A stretch of DNA of 64,000 nucleotides from Salpingoeca rosetta. Its lineage: Eukaryota > Protista > Choanoflagellata. The notes beneath the pieces were generated by a model that was given only the letters and a program-made list of their open reading frames with translations, had not been told where the DNA came from and made no database searches. The DNA lies in assembly GCA_033442325.1 (NCBI GenBank), contig JAWQFM010000011.1, forward strand, positions 331,131 to 395,130. Direction: 5' to 3'. The translations under genes and the position numbers were made by a program. Of this stretch, positions 36,626 to 49,269 are shown in pieces (the stretch's first letter is position 1; each line of letters opens with the position of its first letter).

Positions 36626-39480
36626 GAGAAGGGGGAAGTGTGCATGCGAAAAAGGGTGAATGAGTGCAAGGCGAAAGAAAGCGAAAGCAAATCGGTGGTG
36701 ACGATGCTGCAGAAGATGATTATGAACTCACCAGTCTGCAACGAAACGCTCAAATGGCGCGGAAAAGATCTTGGCTGGCAACCTGACAAAGAAGAGAGAG
36801 AGAGAGGATGTGTGTGTGTGTGTGAGTGAGTGAGTGACTGAGACGACAAGAGAGATGAGGAGAGAAGGGGGAAGCACGTGCACGTGAGCAGCAGAGGAAG
36901 CAGACACATGGGGTTGCGTACATCAACATCTCAGTCGCAACAAGCAACCTTGCACAGTCACAAACAACACACGCAAACGCGCAACAAGCACACACACACA
37001 CACACGCACACACACACACACACAAGTTGCACCGCTGTACCTTGGGAGTGGTCCCTTGACAACAGAGGAGATGACGTCAAACACAGCAAGGTCTGATCGC
37101 TTTGTTGGGCTCTTGGTGTCCGGGTCCTTCTTTGGCATCATAGGCAGGTTCTTTGGGTCCACATCCGGCAAGTAGGGGTACACGCCCGTCGCCATCTCAA
37201 GCAGCGAAATGCCTGCAGGCAACAACAATGAAGCAACAAGCAGGACCAACATGTGAGTGTCGTTGGTATGTACAACTGTGTGCGTGAGGGGTTGGGTTGG
37301 GTGTGTGTCTGCGTGCGCATTTGTGTGTATGCGTGTGTGCGTGTGCCGCGGCACCATCAGCAACGTGTGAATTGTATAACATGACGACAAGCGTGAGCCA
37401 CGCACCGAGACTCCAGATGTCTGATTTGACGGTGTACTCTTCGCCGTGAAGCCGCTCCGGCTGTTGCCATGTGCAAACACAACACAGAGACGCAACGTCA
37501 GCAACGCGATTGCTCCGAGGGCATCAACAGGCACATCATGCAGGTGCTTGTGTGCTTGTGTGTGTGTGTGTGCGTGTGTGCTTGTGTGCACTAATGTGTG
37601 CTTGTGTGCACTAATGTGTGCTTGTGTGCACTAATGTGTGTATATGTGTGTGTGTGTTCTTGTGTGCGCGTGGTCTTGTGTGGCGGACAATAGCACAGAG
37701 GTATCGATCGCCCCTGTGCTGCTTTGAAGATCACGTGTAAGCATGTTCACTCACCGACATGTAGCGCATGGTGCCAACAAATGTGTTGGCCCGCGTGGTG
37801 ATCAGCCGTCTGCTGACACCAAAGTCGCACAACTTCACATCGCCCTCCGTGTTGACTGCAGGTCAATGAAAAGACCAAAGGACGCACGCACACACGCGCA
37901 CAGAGCAAATTGACGTGAGATACGATGGGTGCATACCTACAACAAAGCCACAAAACGAAGCCACAAACGAAGCCACAAAACCAACCACGTGCCATTGTCT
38001 TGAGGCACCTGCCACACATCGACACACACACACACACATGGAATGAATGATGCATGCACGCGTTCCATACCGAGGATGTTGGCTGGCTTGAGGTCGCGGT
38101 GAATGATTTTCTCTTGTTCAAGATACAGCAGGCCGCGAAGCACCTGAACGAATGACGAATAGCAGCATGCGTGAGTAAGAAGGGGCAGAGGTGAGGCAGA
38201 GGTGAGGCAGAGGTGAGGCAGAGGGTGAGGCAGAGGTGAGGCAGAGGGGAGGCAGGAGTGAAACACAACTACATCCTGACGCAAGCACGTAACACTCAGG
38301 TGAGCATACACCCACACACACCTTATGACAGATGTGGACGAGGGGATGCTCATCGATGCGCCCAATTCGGTTCAACACATCGTCCAGACAGCCGCCATTC
38401 TAGACGAGAAGGAGCAAGTCACAAGTGAGAAGCACCCGAGGAGTAGCAGCAGCAGCAGCAAGGCATTCGTGCAACATAAACTGCGCGGCAACACAGGCAT
38501 GCAGATGTCAACCAGAGGTCAAGAGGTACGTGCAAAACACACGCACACGCACAATGCAGGCGCACGCATTGCATGTGAAGCACACATACCATGTACTCCA
38601 TGATGATGTGGACTTCGCTGCGCTCCATGAAGGAGCCGTAGAAGTTGACAACCTCGGGGGCGTGGCAGTCGTGCAAGAGGTCAAGTTCGCGCTGCAGCAC
38701 GCGGTGCGTCTCCTCCGTGTGGTCGTAGTGCACAATCTTCTGCACGAGGATCAGGTCGGTGTGGGTGTGGCGCACCTTGTGCACGCCTCGCCCTTCGCCC
38801 TCGGCCAGCGTCTCCAGCGTCTCAAACGCCTATGACCGCGCATGGCATGCGTGCGTGTACACGAGGTGGCATGTGAGTTCAAGTTCTCGTGAATGAGCAC
38901 ACGATAAAACAACAAGTGCACACACGTGCACACACGCGTACAAACACATCCACCTACATACACACACGCACGCACATGCACGCACGCGTACAAACACATC
39001 CACCTACATACACACTTGCACACACGCACACAGCCATCGAACAAATACATGAGAAGCAGGTGACTGGCGCACCTTAATGTTGAGGTCGCACGCGTTCAGG
39101 AAACGCTCTTTGTTGAAAATAAAGTCTTGCATGGACCGACGATCGGGGCCCTTGTATCCACGCAGCGACGCCTTCAATGAGCGCAACGGTGGTGGGGTGG
39201 CGCACCTGTGGATGGAGATAGATGGGAGAGGTAGAGAGATGAGATGGGTGTGTGCAAAATGAGTCGTCAATTTGTTTGGGGGGGGCGATTGATGAATGCA
39301 CTGCAAGGCGCGGGAAGAAGGCAACCAATACTCTACACCACCAGACACACGTGCGGGGGGGGGTGCGTGTTGTAGGAGGACAATGACGTACACAGGTGAT
39401 GGTGGTGAGAGACTTGGGAGCTGGAACTTGCCCTTGCCCAGGCCTTTCTTTGCAGCACGCCGTTCGGCGAGGGAGGTCAT
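36389..39480 (-). CDS. MAP2K: MAP kinase kinase (STE7 family, MEK1/2-like)
   Basis: Spliced motifs: [27 protein letters not shown]|[18 protein letters not shown]|[34 protein letters not shown]|[19 protein letters not shown]|[13 protein letters not shown]. Pro-rich insert; basic N-terminal docking-like motif; stop TAA 36389-36391. Confidence 0.93.
38184..38256. repeat. 11-bp minisatellite (ggcagaggtga), about 6 copies, in a MAP2K intron
   Basis: Directly visible. Confidence 0.9.
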
Positions 39481-41140
39481 GGTGCCGGCGAGGGTGGCTG
39501 GTGTGCTTTGTTTACGTTTGCGTTGCTTGTGTTGGTGGTGGTTGGTGTGTTGGCTTGACTTGTGGTTGTGGTTGCTGGAGCTATTGTTGATGCTGTTGCT
39601 GTTGATGGGGTTTGTTGATGCTGTTGCTGTTATTGCTGTTGTTGATGATGCCGTTGTGGATGTGGATGTGCTGCGGCGGTCGATGGAGGGCGCTGTGATA
39701 AAATGAATGGGTGGGCGAGAGACGTGCAGCGAGAAACAAAGCCGTTCAAATGAACGAGGACAGACAGGGACGTGCGGACGTGTGTGGCGGAGATGGGGAG
39801 AAAGAGGGGCAGTGTGGTGTGTCCCGGGTAATGTGAACAGCGATGAGTAAGCCGTGGGTGTTGACAATGAAGTGAGTGCGGGTGAGGGAATGTTGTCTTG
39901 GTAGTGGTGGTGGTGGAAGCAAAGGTTTAGGCTCGGATGGGATGTGATGCTGGTTGGTCAACGAAGTCAAGGAGGACACCACTGAGGAGTGGAACTGTGC
40001 GAGGGAATCGCGGCTGTGACACACTAGCGAGGATGGCCGCGTGGGTGGGAAGCGCGTGTCCACGTCATACACCCGCCAAGCCAGCAAGGAGCAAAAAGCA
40101 AAGAAAAGCAAAATCACCAACAAGAAGGGAGGCGAGGAAGAGGAAGGTATGCAACAACGGCAAGGAGGAGGGGCTCACTGTGTGCATGTGTGTGCATGTG
40201 TGTGTGCATGTGCGTGTGTAGACCAAGAGTGGGTGGAGTGGTCATGCAGACCGGACCAATGTGTTTTGAGTTTGTGACTTGCTTGCTTGCTCGCTTTGCT
40301 CGTTGCACGCACCGGAGGAACGAAGCAACCAAAACGTCGAAAGTTGATGCCTGACCGCGTGTGGCGTGTGTAACAACACAAGGAAGCACCCAGAGAGAGA
40401 GAGAGAGACCCTTTTGTTGGTGTGATGCGCGGTGTGTAGGGTGTGTTGCGATGTGTTGTGTTGTGATGGTGCGTGAACAACGTCGTGGAGGCGGTTGATG
40501 GTGGTGTTGGTTGGTTGGTTGGTTGGTTGATTGACGTTGCTTCTTGTGGGTGCTATTTTTTTCTTGTGGTGTTTGGCTGTTGTTGGTTGCCTGCATGCAA
40601 AAAACGCGCACAAAAAACGCACCTTTCAAATGCGCGAATGCCACACAAACAAACAGCCCGCTCGTGCGAGCAAGCATTGGTGAGTGTGCGTGTGTGTGAG
40701 AGACATGACATGACAGAGACGGACAATTCCTCGCTTGCCTGCTTCCTCGCTTGCTCCCTCGCTGGCTTGTTTGGTTGAGTTGAACACCTTGTTTCGCTTC
40801 AACGCGGTCGAGATTGTGCGCGTGCGCATTTCAAATTGGATGTGATGGTGGGAGAACAGTGAGGTGTGATGATGTGAATTGTCTGGAATTGTTGCAGTTG
40901 ATGTGTGATGTGAATGTGATTGGTCGTCGTTTGATGTCGGTGTGACTGGCTGTGGAATGCTCTCTGCAAGGTGGGCCTGAATTTATTTTGCACCCAACAA
41001 AGGAGGGGAGAAATGCAAGACGACAACTTGACATGGGCTATTGTAAGCATAAGTTATGGAAGAGGGGAACCAAGAGGGCTACGATGGAAGGGAAGGCTGA
41101 AGGAGATCTAGACAGGGTGCATGAAGGACACACACATGGA

Positions 41141-41182
<42 letters not shown>

Positions 41183-41288
41183 TGGGCGCGCACATGCACA
41201 CGCACACATAAGTACGCACACACAAGTACGCACACACGCACACGCACACACACACGAAGTGCAGCCGAGTGCACACGCTACACTGTAC

Positions 41289-41721
41289 TCAGTGCGCAGT
41301 CTGAATTGGGTGCATGGAGTGAACTTTTGCATAACTGTCGGCCTTAATCTCAGTGGGAACACCAGCCGTGCCCAGCGACGCAAGCCCTTTGCAGCGCCTC
41401 GACTGCCGGTAGTAGAACACGCCCTTGCAGATGGTGTCCGCACCGCACCGCGCCTGGCACTCGCGCAACGTCACCCCTTTGGCGCGGAACACCGTAAATT
41501 CCTCCTTCATCGCTGTCATAACATAATATTGTGTGCGTGTGCGCAGGCGTGCGTGCTTATCCGTGAGAGGCAAGAGACTCGCTTGATCATGAGCGAGAGC
41601 AGACTCCTTTGAGCAAAACGGACGAAAAATGGCAGGCCTGACACGAGCACACACTCCATGAATCGAGCGTGCCCCATGCAACACTCGCACACACACACGC
41701 ACGCGCACACACACACACTCG

Positions 41722-41788
<67 letters not shown>

Positions 41789-44310
41789 CTGTCTCGAAGC
41801 GCTGTGGGCGATCCGTGGAACCCCCAGCTCCTTCAAACATGAGTACATACTGCCAGTCACGCTCTGCTGCACAAATGACCGCAAGAACAAACAGAAACGA
41901 CCACGACACAGCAGAGTGAGTGTGCGAACACATGTGCATTGCATTGAGACGATGCTGTCCTTGGTTCCTTTGCCATATCAATGGCAAGCAGCAACCCTCA
42001 CGTGCATGAGCCAAATCACAACACAATTCACTTGCCAATCATACCTTTATCTTTTGCGGGGTTGCCAACAATGATGGTCGCCTGTCACAACACCAAAAGC
42101 ACGGCGGACATGGCATGCACGTTGTCAGACATCAGATGAATGCCCTTTGCGGTATCACACACACACGCACAACACACGTGCACACGGCATTATAAAACAC
42201 GCGGCATGCAGTACACACACACACACACACAAGCACACAGAGTGAGTGAGACGCTAGGTGTGGGTTGTAACACACGCCATGTCACTAGACTTGCCTGCAT
42301 TCTACCGCTGTGGCTGCGGCAGTGGTACGGGAATACGCCCGCCTTGGTGAACGTGTGCTCAAAAACGGTCTTGCTGCCCGGCGGACCCGAAAAGAACTCC
42401 GCTGCAGCGCAGTGCATGGGGAAACGTGAATGTGACGACGAGGTGAAAAGCGGGTGTCCAACAGACGCGTGTGCCTGTGGCATGGCTGTGCTGCTGTTGT
42501 CGTTGTTGTGCAATGCCAAAATGGGCTGTGTCTGCCTGCAAATTGCCAGTCACCCCGGTCCGTGTTGCTGACATCGCACACCCTCTTCGTGCGCATAAGC
42601 GCTCGCGTACCATCGTGCTGGCCTGGTCGCCCGCTGATGACACTGTGTCGCCCATCTATGATCCACCTGTCGTGTGTGTGGTTGCGTTGCATGAGTGTGT
42701 GTGTGTGTGGTTGCATTTACATGTGTGTGTGTGTGTGTGCGCGCGCGCGTGCGGATGTGCTTACTCTCAGTAGTCACATGCAACACTACAGCAACAAACA
42801 AGTGCGAACATGCACGAAAACAAGCAAGCACGTGCCAACGCTTGTGCACACAGGCACACACACACGCAAGCAAACAAGCAAACACGCACAAATACACACA
42901 TACACACATATACACATACACACATACACACACCTGACTGTGTCACCGACAGCAATGTTGATGGTCGCAGCTTGAATCTGGTCATGATCCAGCCCCCATG
43001 CAATGACGTGCACTTTCGCCTTGCCCTCACCGTCGAGGCCAACATCTACCTGCTTTGTTGTTGCATGTTTTGCGTGCTCGGACTGCAGTGGGCGTTCCAG
43101 CGGCGGTGGGTTGGCCTGCGTCGCATCACAGCCATGGCAAAGAGGTGTGCGTTGTGTGCGTTGCGTGCGTTGTGTGCGTTGTGTGCGTTGCGTGCGTGGC
43201 GAGGCGACAGTTGAGAGTACAGTGAGTACTGGCAAGGAGGCAAAGTTAATACCCACAAGCACAAGGTTAAGAAGAAAGACTGCGTGATTTCCAGCCACCT
43301 GCAACATGGGTGAGAATGATTGGAGGATGCGTGAGACGCACGTGCACGACACGGGGCACACGGGGCGCGTCCGACCACAACCAACCTTCAAGTCATGAAA
43401 GCCGTTCCCGGTACCGATTGAGCCACCAGCACCACGAGGTTTGCACTTGCGCCCGAACCGAGATGTGCCGATTGCTGTGTACGCACCAGTTGCCGGGCAG
43501 TCATCCACGCATTGGCCGTTGAGCAGGTACTGTGGGTCGCCCAAGGCATGCACAACACATGCCAGTGAGTGAAGTTAAACGGCAGCGTGTGGTGTTGTGC
43601 GAGTCTGAGTTACTGTGTTGTGCACGCTCAACAAATACACGGAAGCTTGGCACCCATGCGCGGCGCTTGCTTGCTTGTTTGCAGCGTGAAACAAAGCGGG
43701 ACAGAATCCACCTCGCATCGATTTGGGCATCCGTCTCGAACACACACACACACTAGCACACCCGCACGCACGCACACGCACATGCACACGCACTCACTCA
43801 ATCGCTCACCTACTCACTCACTCAATCACTCACTCACTCACTCACCGACTCACTCGCTCACATACATACACACGCACTCACTCAGTCACTCACTCACTCA
43901 ATCACTCACACACACACTCACACACTCACTCGCTCACACACACACACACACACACTCTCTCTCTCTCTCTCTCTCCCTCGCACGCACACACACACGCACA
44001 CGTGGCGCACCTTGAAGTTCTTGCACAGCATGCATTGCGTCGTGCCATCTGCGTTGCAGACGCACGACTTCTCGACGCAGTCTGTGCACGTACACGAGGA
44101 GGCCTCTGCACGTGTGCCGGCGTCGGCACTTCTGCCATCAGCGCCTTCGCCATCAGCGCCACCCTCTCCAACAACCGCTTCGTGGTGTTGTCGCGCACGC
44201 TCCCGAAGCAGCTGCAAGATGTCCACTTGATTTACACCCTCCTTTTGTGTGTCAGATTCCTCCCCACAGTACTTGCCATATTGGCCCTGTCCAACTACAA
44301 CAGAAAGCGC

Positions 44311-44406
<96 letters not shown>

Positions 44407-45347
44407 AGGGTGTGTGGAGGGTGTGAGTCGACGATGATGAGAGCGCACGTGCAGAGGACGACTCGGCCCGTGCTTCGCATAGCATGTGTTCACGTCACGT
44501 ACTTGGGTAGAGGGTGTTCGGACACTCGTCGATGCACTGGCCCTGATGGAGAAACCTTGAATTGCGGCACATGACGCACTCCTGGCACAGCCGCCAACGA
44601 GGAGGAGTCAGGAGGGTGGGTCAAGAAGAGGAAACGCAGTGCATGTGAGTGTACTTGTGTGCGCACGGGGTATGCGAATGCATGTATGCATGTGGATGTG
44701 TCTTGGAGCGTATTGGTGAGTAGGTGTGGGTGACAGGGACGCTGTTTTCACACACACACACACACAATGGGCCTACCTGTTGCGTTGGGCGACACTCGTG
44801 ACAGTCTGGCGGGCAGTCGCAGTGCGCGTCACGGCCTGGCCGGCACGTCTATGTGAAGGATTATGTGCGGCGAGACATGACGAGAGAACCAAGCCAACAA
44901 CAGCAGAGCGTGAGTAGTTGGTCGTGCGTGTGCGTGCGTGCGTGAGTGTGTGCGTGCGTGCGTGAGTGTGTGCGTGCGTGAGGGAGTGGGGGTGGGGTGA
45001 TGGGTTGTGAATCACTCGGGCACCAAATCTACAGCAGGGAAACGAGAGTGTGAATGCGACATGGTGTCGTTTACAAAGTGACAACAAGCTCACGGGCTCG
45101 GGCGTGGTCTCCACATCGGCTTCCTGCGCAGGGGGTAACGAGCGATTGGGAGATGAACCCCTGCTGTCCCCTCGGTGTTCCTGCCGACCCGGCTGTGAGC
45201 TGTTCCCTGGCGCCTTGTTCTGGCCGATGCGTGGTGGGGGTGGACGCAGTTGTGTTGGCACTGGTCTTTCATTCCCATTGGCAGTGTTTCCGCGCAAAGC
45301 CCTCACCTAATGGTCAGTTGTGAGCACGAGTGCGTGTGTTGGTGTTT

Positions 45348-45428
<81 letters not shown>

Positions 45429-45551
45429 CGTGCGTGCGTGTGCATCGGGAGTCAGCTGCGACGACACGACAGAAGGCGCAATACGACAGCTGCAACAAGA
45501 CAACAACGTGACAGCGTGGCAAGTGAGCAAGACGAGCAGGTCTTGTCAAGG

Positions 45552-45582
<31 letters not shown>

Positions 45583-45815
45583 AAGCACGCACGCACGCAC
45601 GGATGTCCCTGCATGCCTGCATGCAGCAAGTTGTGCACTCTCCAGCCATGCGCTACAGCCGTGCATGCAGTATGTACCTGGCTGGCGGATGGATGTAGGT
45701 TCATCGTGGCAAAGGAGAACGAGGACGGCGACACGATCATCGGAGCCACGACAGCCCCAAGCACCACCACCCCAAGCACCACAACCACAACCACGCCGCT
45801 CCGCTTCATTGTCAT
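41289..45815 (-). CDS. Secreted protein with two furin-like Cys-rich repeats, a type-1 cupredoxin domain and a C-terminal PAN/Apple-like domain
   Basis: Hydrophobic N-terminus [24 protein letters not shown] (45815-45678). In-frame exons give [10 protein letters not shown]..|[21 protein letters not shown] and CMLCKNFK|[12 protein letters not shown]; [10 protein letters not shown]|WIIDGRHSV..|[24 protein letters not shown]; [20 protein letters not shown]. Not every junction was checked. Confidence 0.72.
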
Positions 45816-45835
45816 CTCCTTCGAAAACGACTTCA

Positions 45836-47904
45836 CAGAGGATGACATCAGTGAGCGGAAAATCACATTAACGTGTTTGACGATTTATTTCGCCGTTCTC
45901 GACCACAGAGAACACGCTAAAAACCCCCTTTCCCTCAGCACAATTGACTACGGCACCCCACCCCACATCCACCCACCAAGTCACAATGAACCACACAACA
46001 GGCAAACCACTCACACTAATCCTCGTCTTCATGTTCACCCTCATCGTCGTCCTCGTCACTGTCCTCGTCACTGTCCTTGTCTTTGTCCTCGTTCACAACA
46101 TCGACCTCTTCCATATTCTCATCATCATCATCACACTGCTCGTCATCGAACACCCCATCATCGATTGCCTCCTCATCCACCTCATCGAGGCTCGTGATCT
46201 GCCTGTAAAGCTCATCCAGCCGAGCATTTGCTTTTGCAATGCATCCCTCAACTGTCTTCGGTGTCAGGGTTGCAAACGCCTCGTCCAACCGCTGGCGCAC
46301 GTCCTTGAACGTTGTGTCGTAGTTGTACTGTCGACCAACGTCTCCTTTCACGTTTGCCCAAACAATCTCGATGGGCTGAAGGTCGGAGTAATGCGGCGGT
46401 GTCCACAGCACCTCGTGCCCAGCGTCCTCTGCCATTTGCACGACGACGGGCTTGACTGTTTGTGCAATGTGGTCGCGCAGCCTGGCCCACAGCAAGGCCC
46501 GAGTGTCGGTGTCGGATACTGGCAGGCCGCGCGCCGTGCAGGCCTCGACCATGGCTGCCTTCTTCCATGATTGCTTGGGCGTGTCCGCTGGGAGTGACTT
46601 GTGGTACTTGGCGTTGTCCATGACAATGATGGTGTTTTTGATGCCACGGGCGTCGAGCGTGGCGAGCAGCGTCTGCATCCAGCGCTCAAAGTACGCACTG
46701 TCAAACATGCCATGGTAGTCTTTGGTCTGCGCCTTGCCACTCTGCTTCTTGCCCCCCTCAAAGATGTCCAGCGTCTCGGGTAACAGCTGTGCACGATGTT
46801 CCTCGGATCGCTCTGCTTCTGGTACTGCAGGGTCGCTTGAGATGATTGCCGCGATGAAACAGAAGCGCCGGCCTTTGTGCTTTTGCTTGGGGAGCAGGCG
46901 GTTATCACCGGGGTCGTACAGCGACTCATCATGCCGGCGGTAGTGGTGGTGTATGTAGCTCTCGTCGAGGTAGACAATGCGTCGCCGCTGCTGTCGGGCC
47001 TTGATCATCTGGGTGATGTACGCGTCTCGTTTGATCAGCACCTCCTCCTTCTCCATGTAGGTGGTGCAACCGCCTCGCTGACCTCTCTCGTAGCCAAGGG
47101 ACTCCAGGTATCGTTGCACAGCTCTCAGGGCGTTCGCTTTCGAAGTGGGATCAGAGTACATCGGCAGCACACCGGAGGAGCAGAAGAAGCCGAGCACGTC
47201 CTTTGCCACAGTTCGGTTGCCCTTGACAGTGCGCTCGTACAACCAGTTCTGCAGCTTCACACGCAATGCCTCAGTGCGCTTGAACTTCGTCGTCTTGGTC
47301 CCGCGTGGCCCGTCGTTGTCTGCGACTGACACCGCTTGCGCGCGCTCGTAGTCCTTCCATGCTTGTTGACAGACGTCTGTGCTGCGCTGAAGGACGTTCT
47401 TTGCGAGTGCCGTGAACCGATACTGCTTGGGCCTCCCTGACTTGTTCGCGTTGACAAACTTCTCATGGCGAAAGTACGCCTGCACGGCGACGATGTCCAG
47501 CTTTGCGTCCACCGTCAGCGTCCTGGAGTTTTCCTTGCGCTGCTTCTTGAGCCACTTCTTGAAGGCGTCGTACTCCTCATTGTCAAGGCTCCCGGTGTAC
47601 AATCGGCCTTCTTTCTTCTTGACACACGGCGGTGTTCCGTCAGTGCTGCCTGCTGCGGTGGCCGATCTGCGCTGCGCCATCTTGGATGCAGAAAGTCGTT
47701 GGCATCAATGTGAATAATCGGCAATCCTGGAGGTAACAGGAAAAGATGGTTCTGTGCTTGCGCTCTGAGGTTTGCTGTCTTCGTTCTCTGTTGTGCGTGG
47801 GACAGCCAACGGAAAATGGAAGCGATTGACGCATATTTCGGGTGGTTTTGAATGTGTGCCGGTGATGAAAACTTATTTTTTCCGCTCACTGATGTCATCC
47901 TCTG
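45836..47904 (-). mobile_element. Intact autonomous DNA transposon, IS630-Tc1-mariner DD82E (Sailor-type), 2069 bp, 27-bp TIRs, TCA target duplication
   Basis: TIR cagaggatgacatcagtgagcggaaaa (45836-45862) is the perfect reverse complement of 47878-47904; tca at 45833-45835 and 47905-47907; encloses an intronless transposase. Confidence 0.93.
46016..47680 (-). CDS. DDE transposase (554 aa), DD82E triad, acidic C-terminal tail
   Basis: IVYLDESY / IIVMDNAKYH / WTPPHYSDLQPIEIVWANVK; 82 residues counted between the second D and the E; uninterrupted ORF. Confidence 0.95.
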   Translation of the reverse strand: MAQRRSATAAGSTDGTPPCVKKKEGRLYTGSLDNEEYDAFKKWLKKQRKENSRTLTVDAKLDIVAVQAYFRHEKFVNANKSGRPKQYRFTALAKNVLQRSTDVCQQAWKDYERAQAVSVADNDGPRGTKTTKFKRTEALRVKLQNWLYERTVKGNRTVAKDVLGFFCSSGVLPMYSDPTSKANALRAVQRYLESLGYERGQRGGCTTYMEKEEVLIKRDAYITQMIKARQQRRRIVYLDESYIHHHYRRHDESLYDPGDNRLLPKQKHKGRRFCFIAAIISSDPAVPEAERSEEHRAQLLPETLDIFEGGKKQSGKAQTKDYHGMFDSAYFERWMQTLLATLDARGIKNTIIVMDNAKYHKSLPADTPKQSWKKAAMVEACTARGLPVSDTDTRALLWARLRDHIAQTVKPVVVQMAEDAGHEVLWTPPHYSDLQPIEIVWANVKGDVGRQYNYDTTFKDVRQRLDEAFATLTPKTVEGCIAKANARLDELYRQITSLDEVDEEAIDDGVFDDEQCDDDDENMEEVDVVNEDKDKDSDEDSDEDDDEGEHEDED

Positions 47905-48111
47905 TCAGTCGCACATCCACACAATACAAAAAGCAAAAGCAACAGACAGACAGTGCGAACGACAGTGCGAAGGTTTGCGATGGAAACGTCGTGCCTTGTG
48001 TGCACTGTGTGCGGAGTCTCTTTGCCCTCCCTCTGGGCGTGTATGTGTGTGTTTTGTGTTTGCTTCACGCCCTCTGGACTCACTCTTTTATTCACATTCA
48101 CAAGCACGTTC

Positions 48112-48153
<42 letters not shown>

Positions 48154-48176
48154 CTCTTCTGCTCTTCGTTTGGAAC

Positions 48177-49190
48177 ATGGCGGGCTTGGGCGCAGCAGCT
48201 ACGTTCAAAGAGCGTGAACAGGAGTACGACGCGTGCTTGCGCGAAGAGCAGAAGAGTGCGTCCCTCTGTCGAGTCATGTGAAAGGACTGTGTAGGTGTGA
48301 GAAGAGTGTCTACTGTGAGAAGAATGTGTAGTGTGAGAAGCCTGTGTATTGCGAGACGCATGTACGATCATAAAGTGGTGTTCATTGATGTGCCACCAGT
48401 TTTCATTTCTTTCCCTTCCGCGTTACACACACACGCTCTCGCACACAAACACACACACACACGCTCTCTCTCTCTCTCTCACCTCACACACACGCGCGCG
48501 CGTGTTCGTTCGTTGTTGTCTTATCGCTGTAGAGAAGCAGGAGGCAGCGAGCATGGAGATCGAGATTCAACAACACGTGCAGGACGTCAAGGACACGCAG
48601 GAGGAGATGGCCTCCTTGAAGCGGCAACTGGTGCTCGTCCGCACACGCCTCGACATCCTCGCTGTCCGCGTCGAGCGCCGAAAGCTTCACCAGCGACACA
48701 GAACACCACACATCAAGGCGAGTCCACCTCCATGCGAGACTGTCAAACAAATGGAGCCTGGCCATATCATGGCTGCTCGCCTGATTGCTTCTCCGCTTGT
48801 CGGTTCTTTGCCTGTTTGGTTGTTTCATTCTTGTGCAGCATTCGCAGTCGATAGCTTCTCGATCAGCTGCACGTGGTTCACGCCCGCTGTCCCACAGCTT
48901 CATGATACGTGTTGACTTTTCCGTGGCGACTCCCTTGTTGCACTGCTGCTTCGCATCAACAGGAGTCCGCCCTGGACCAAGTACAATTTCCACCAAACAT
49001 GTATGTCGTGCAAGTCACGATGTCGCAAGCTGCGAAAGTGCAATCATCTCCAACGCAGCAACTGAACCCCTGGTCCTTATGTGTCCGCGCCGCTGCGCGT
49101 AGCGATGAACTGGACGAATGAGCGAGGTGCCACGGTGGTTTTTATTTTTTGCTTACTCGAGCGACTGGATCGTCCGCTTCTGTATCTCGT

Positions 49191-49269
<79 letters not shown>

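Noticed and set aside
39481-41288. Additional gene between MAP2K and the cupredoxin gene
   Set aside because: No convincing exon chain or domain; looks like UTR/promoter sequence
45836-47904. Fanzor/TnpB cargo, or PIF/Harbinger classification
   Set aside because: Only one ORF, no RuvC/zinc-finger motifs and no second Myb/SANT ORF; catalytic motifs are IS630-Tc1 type
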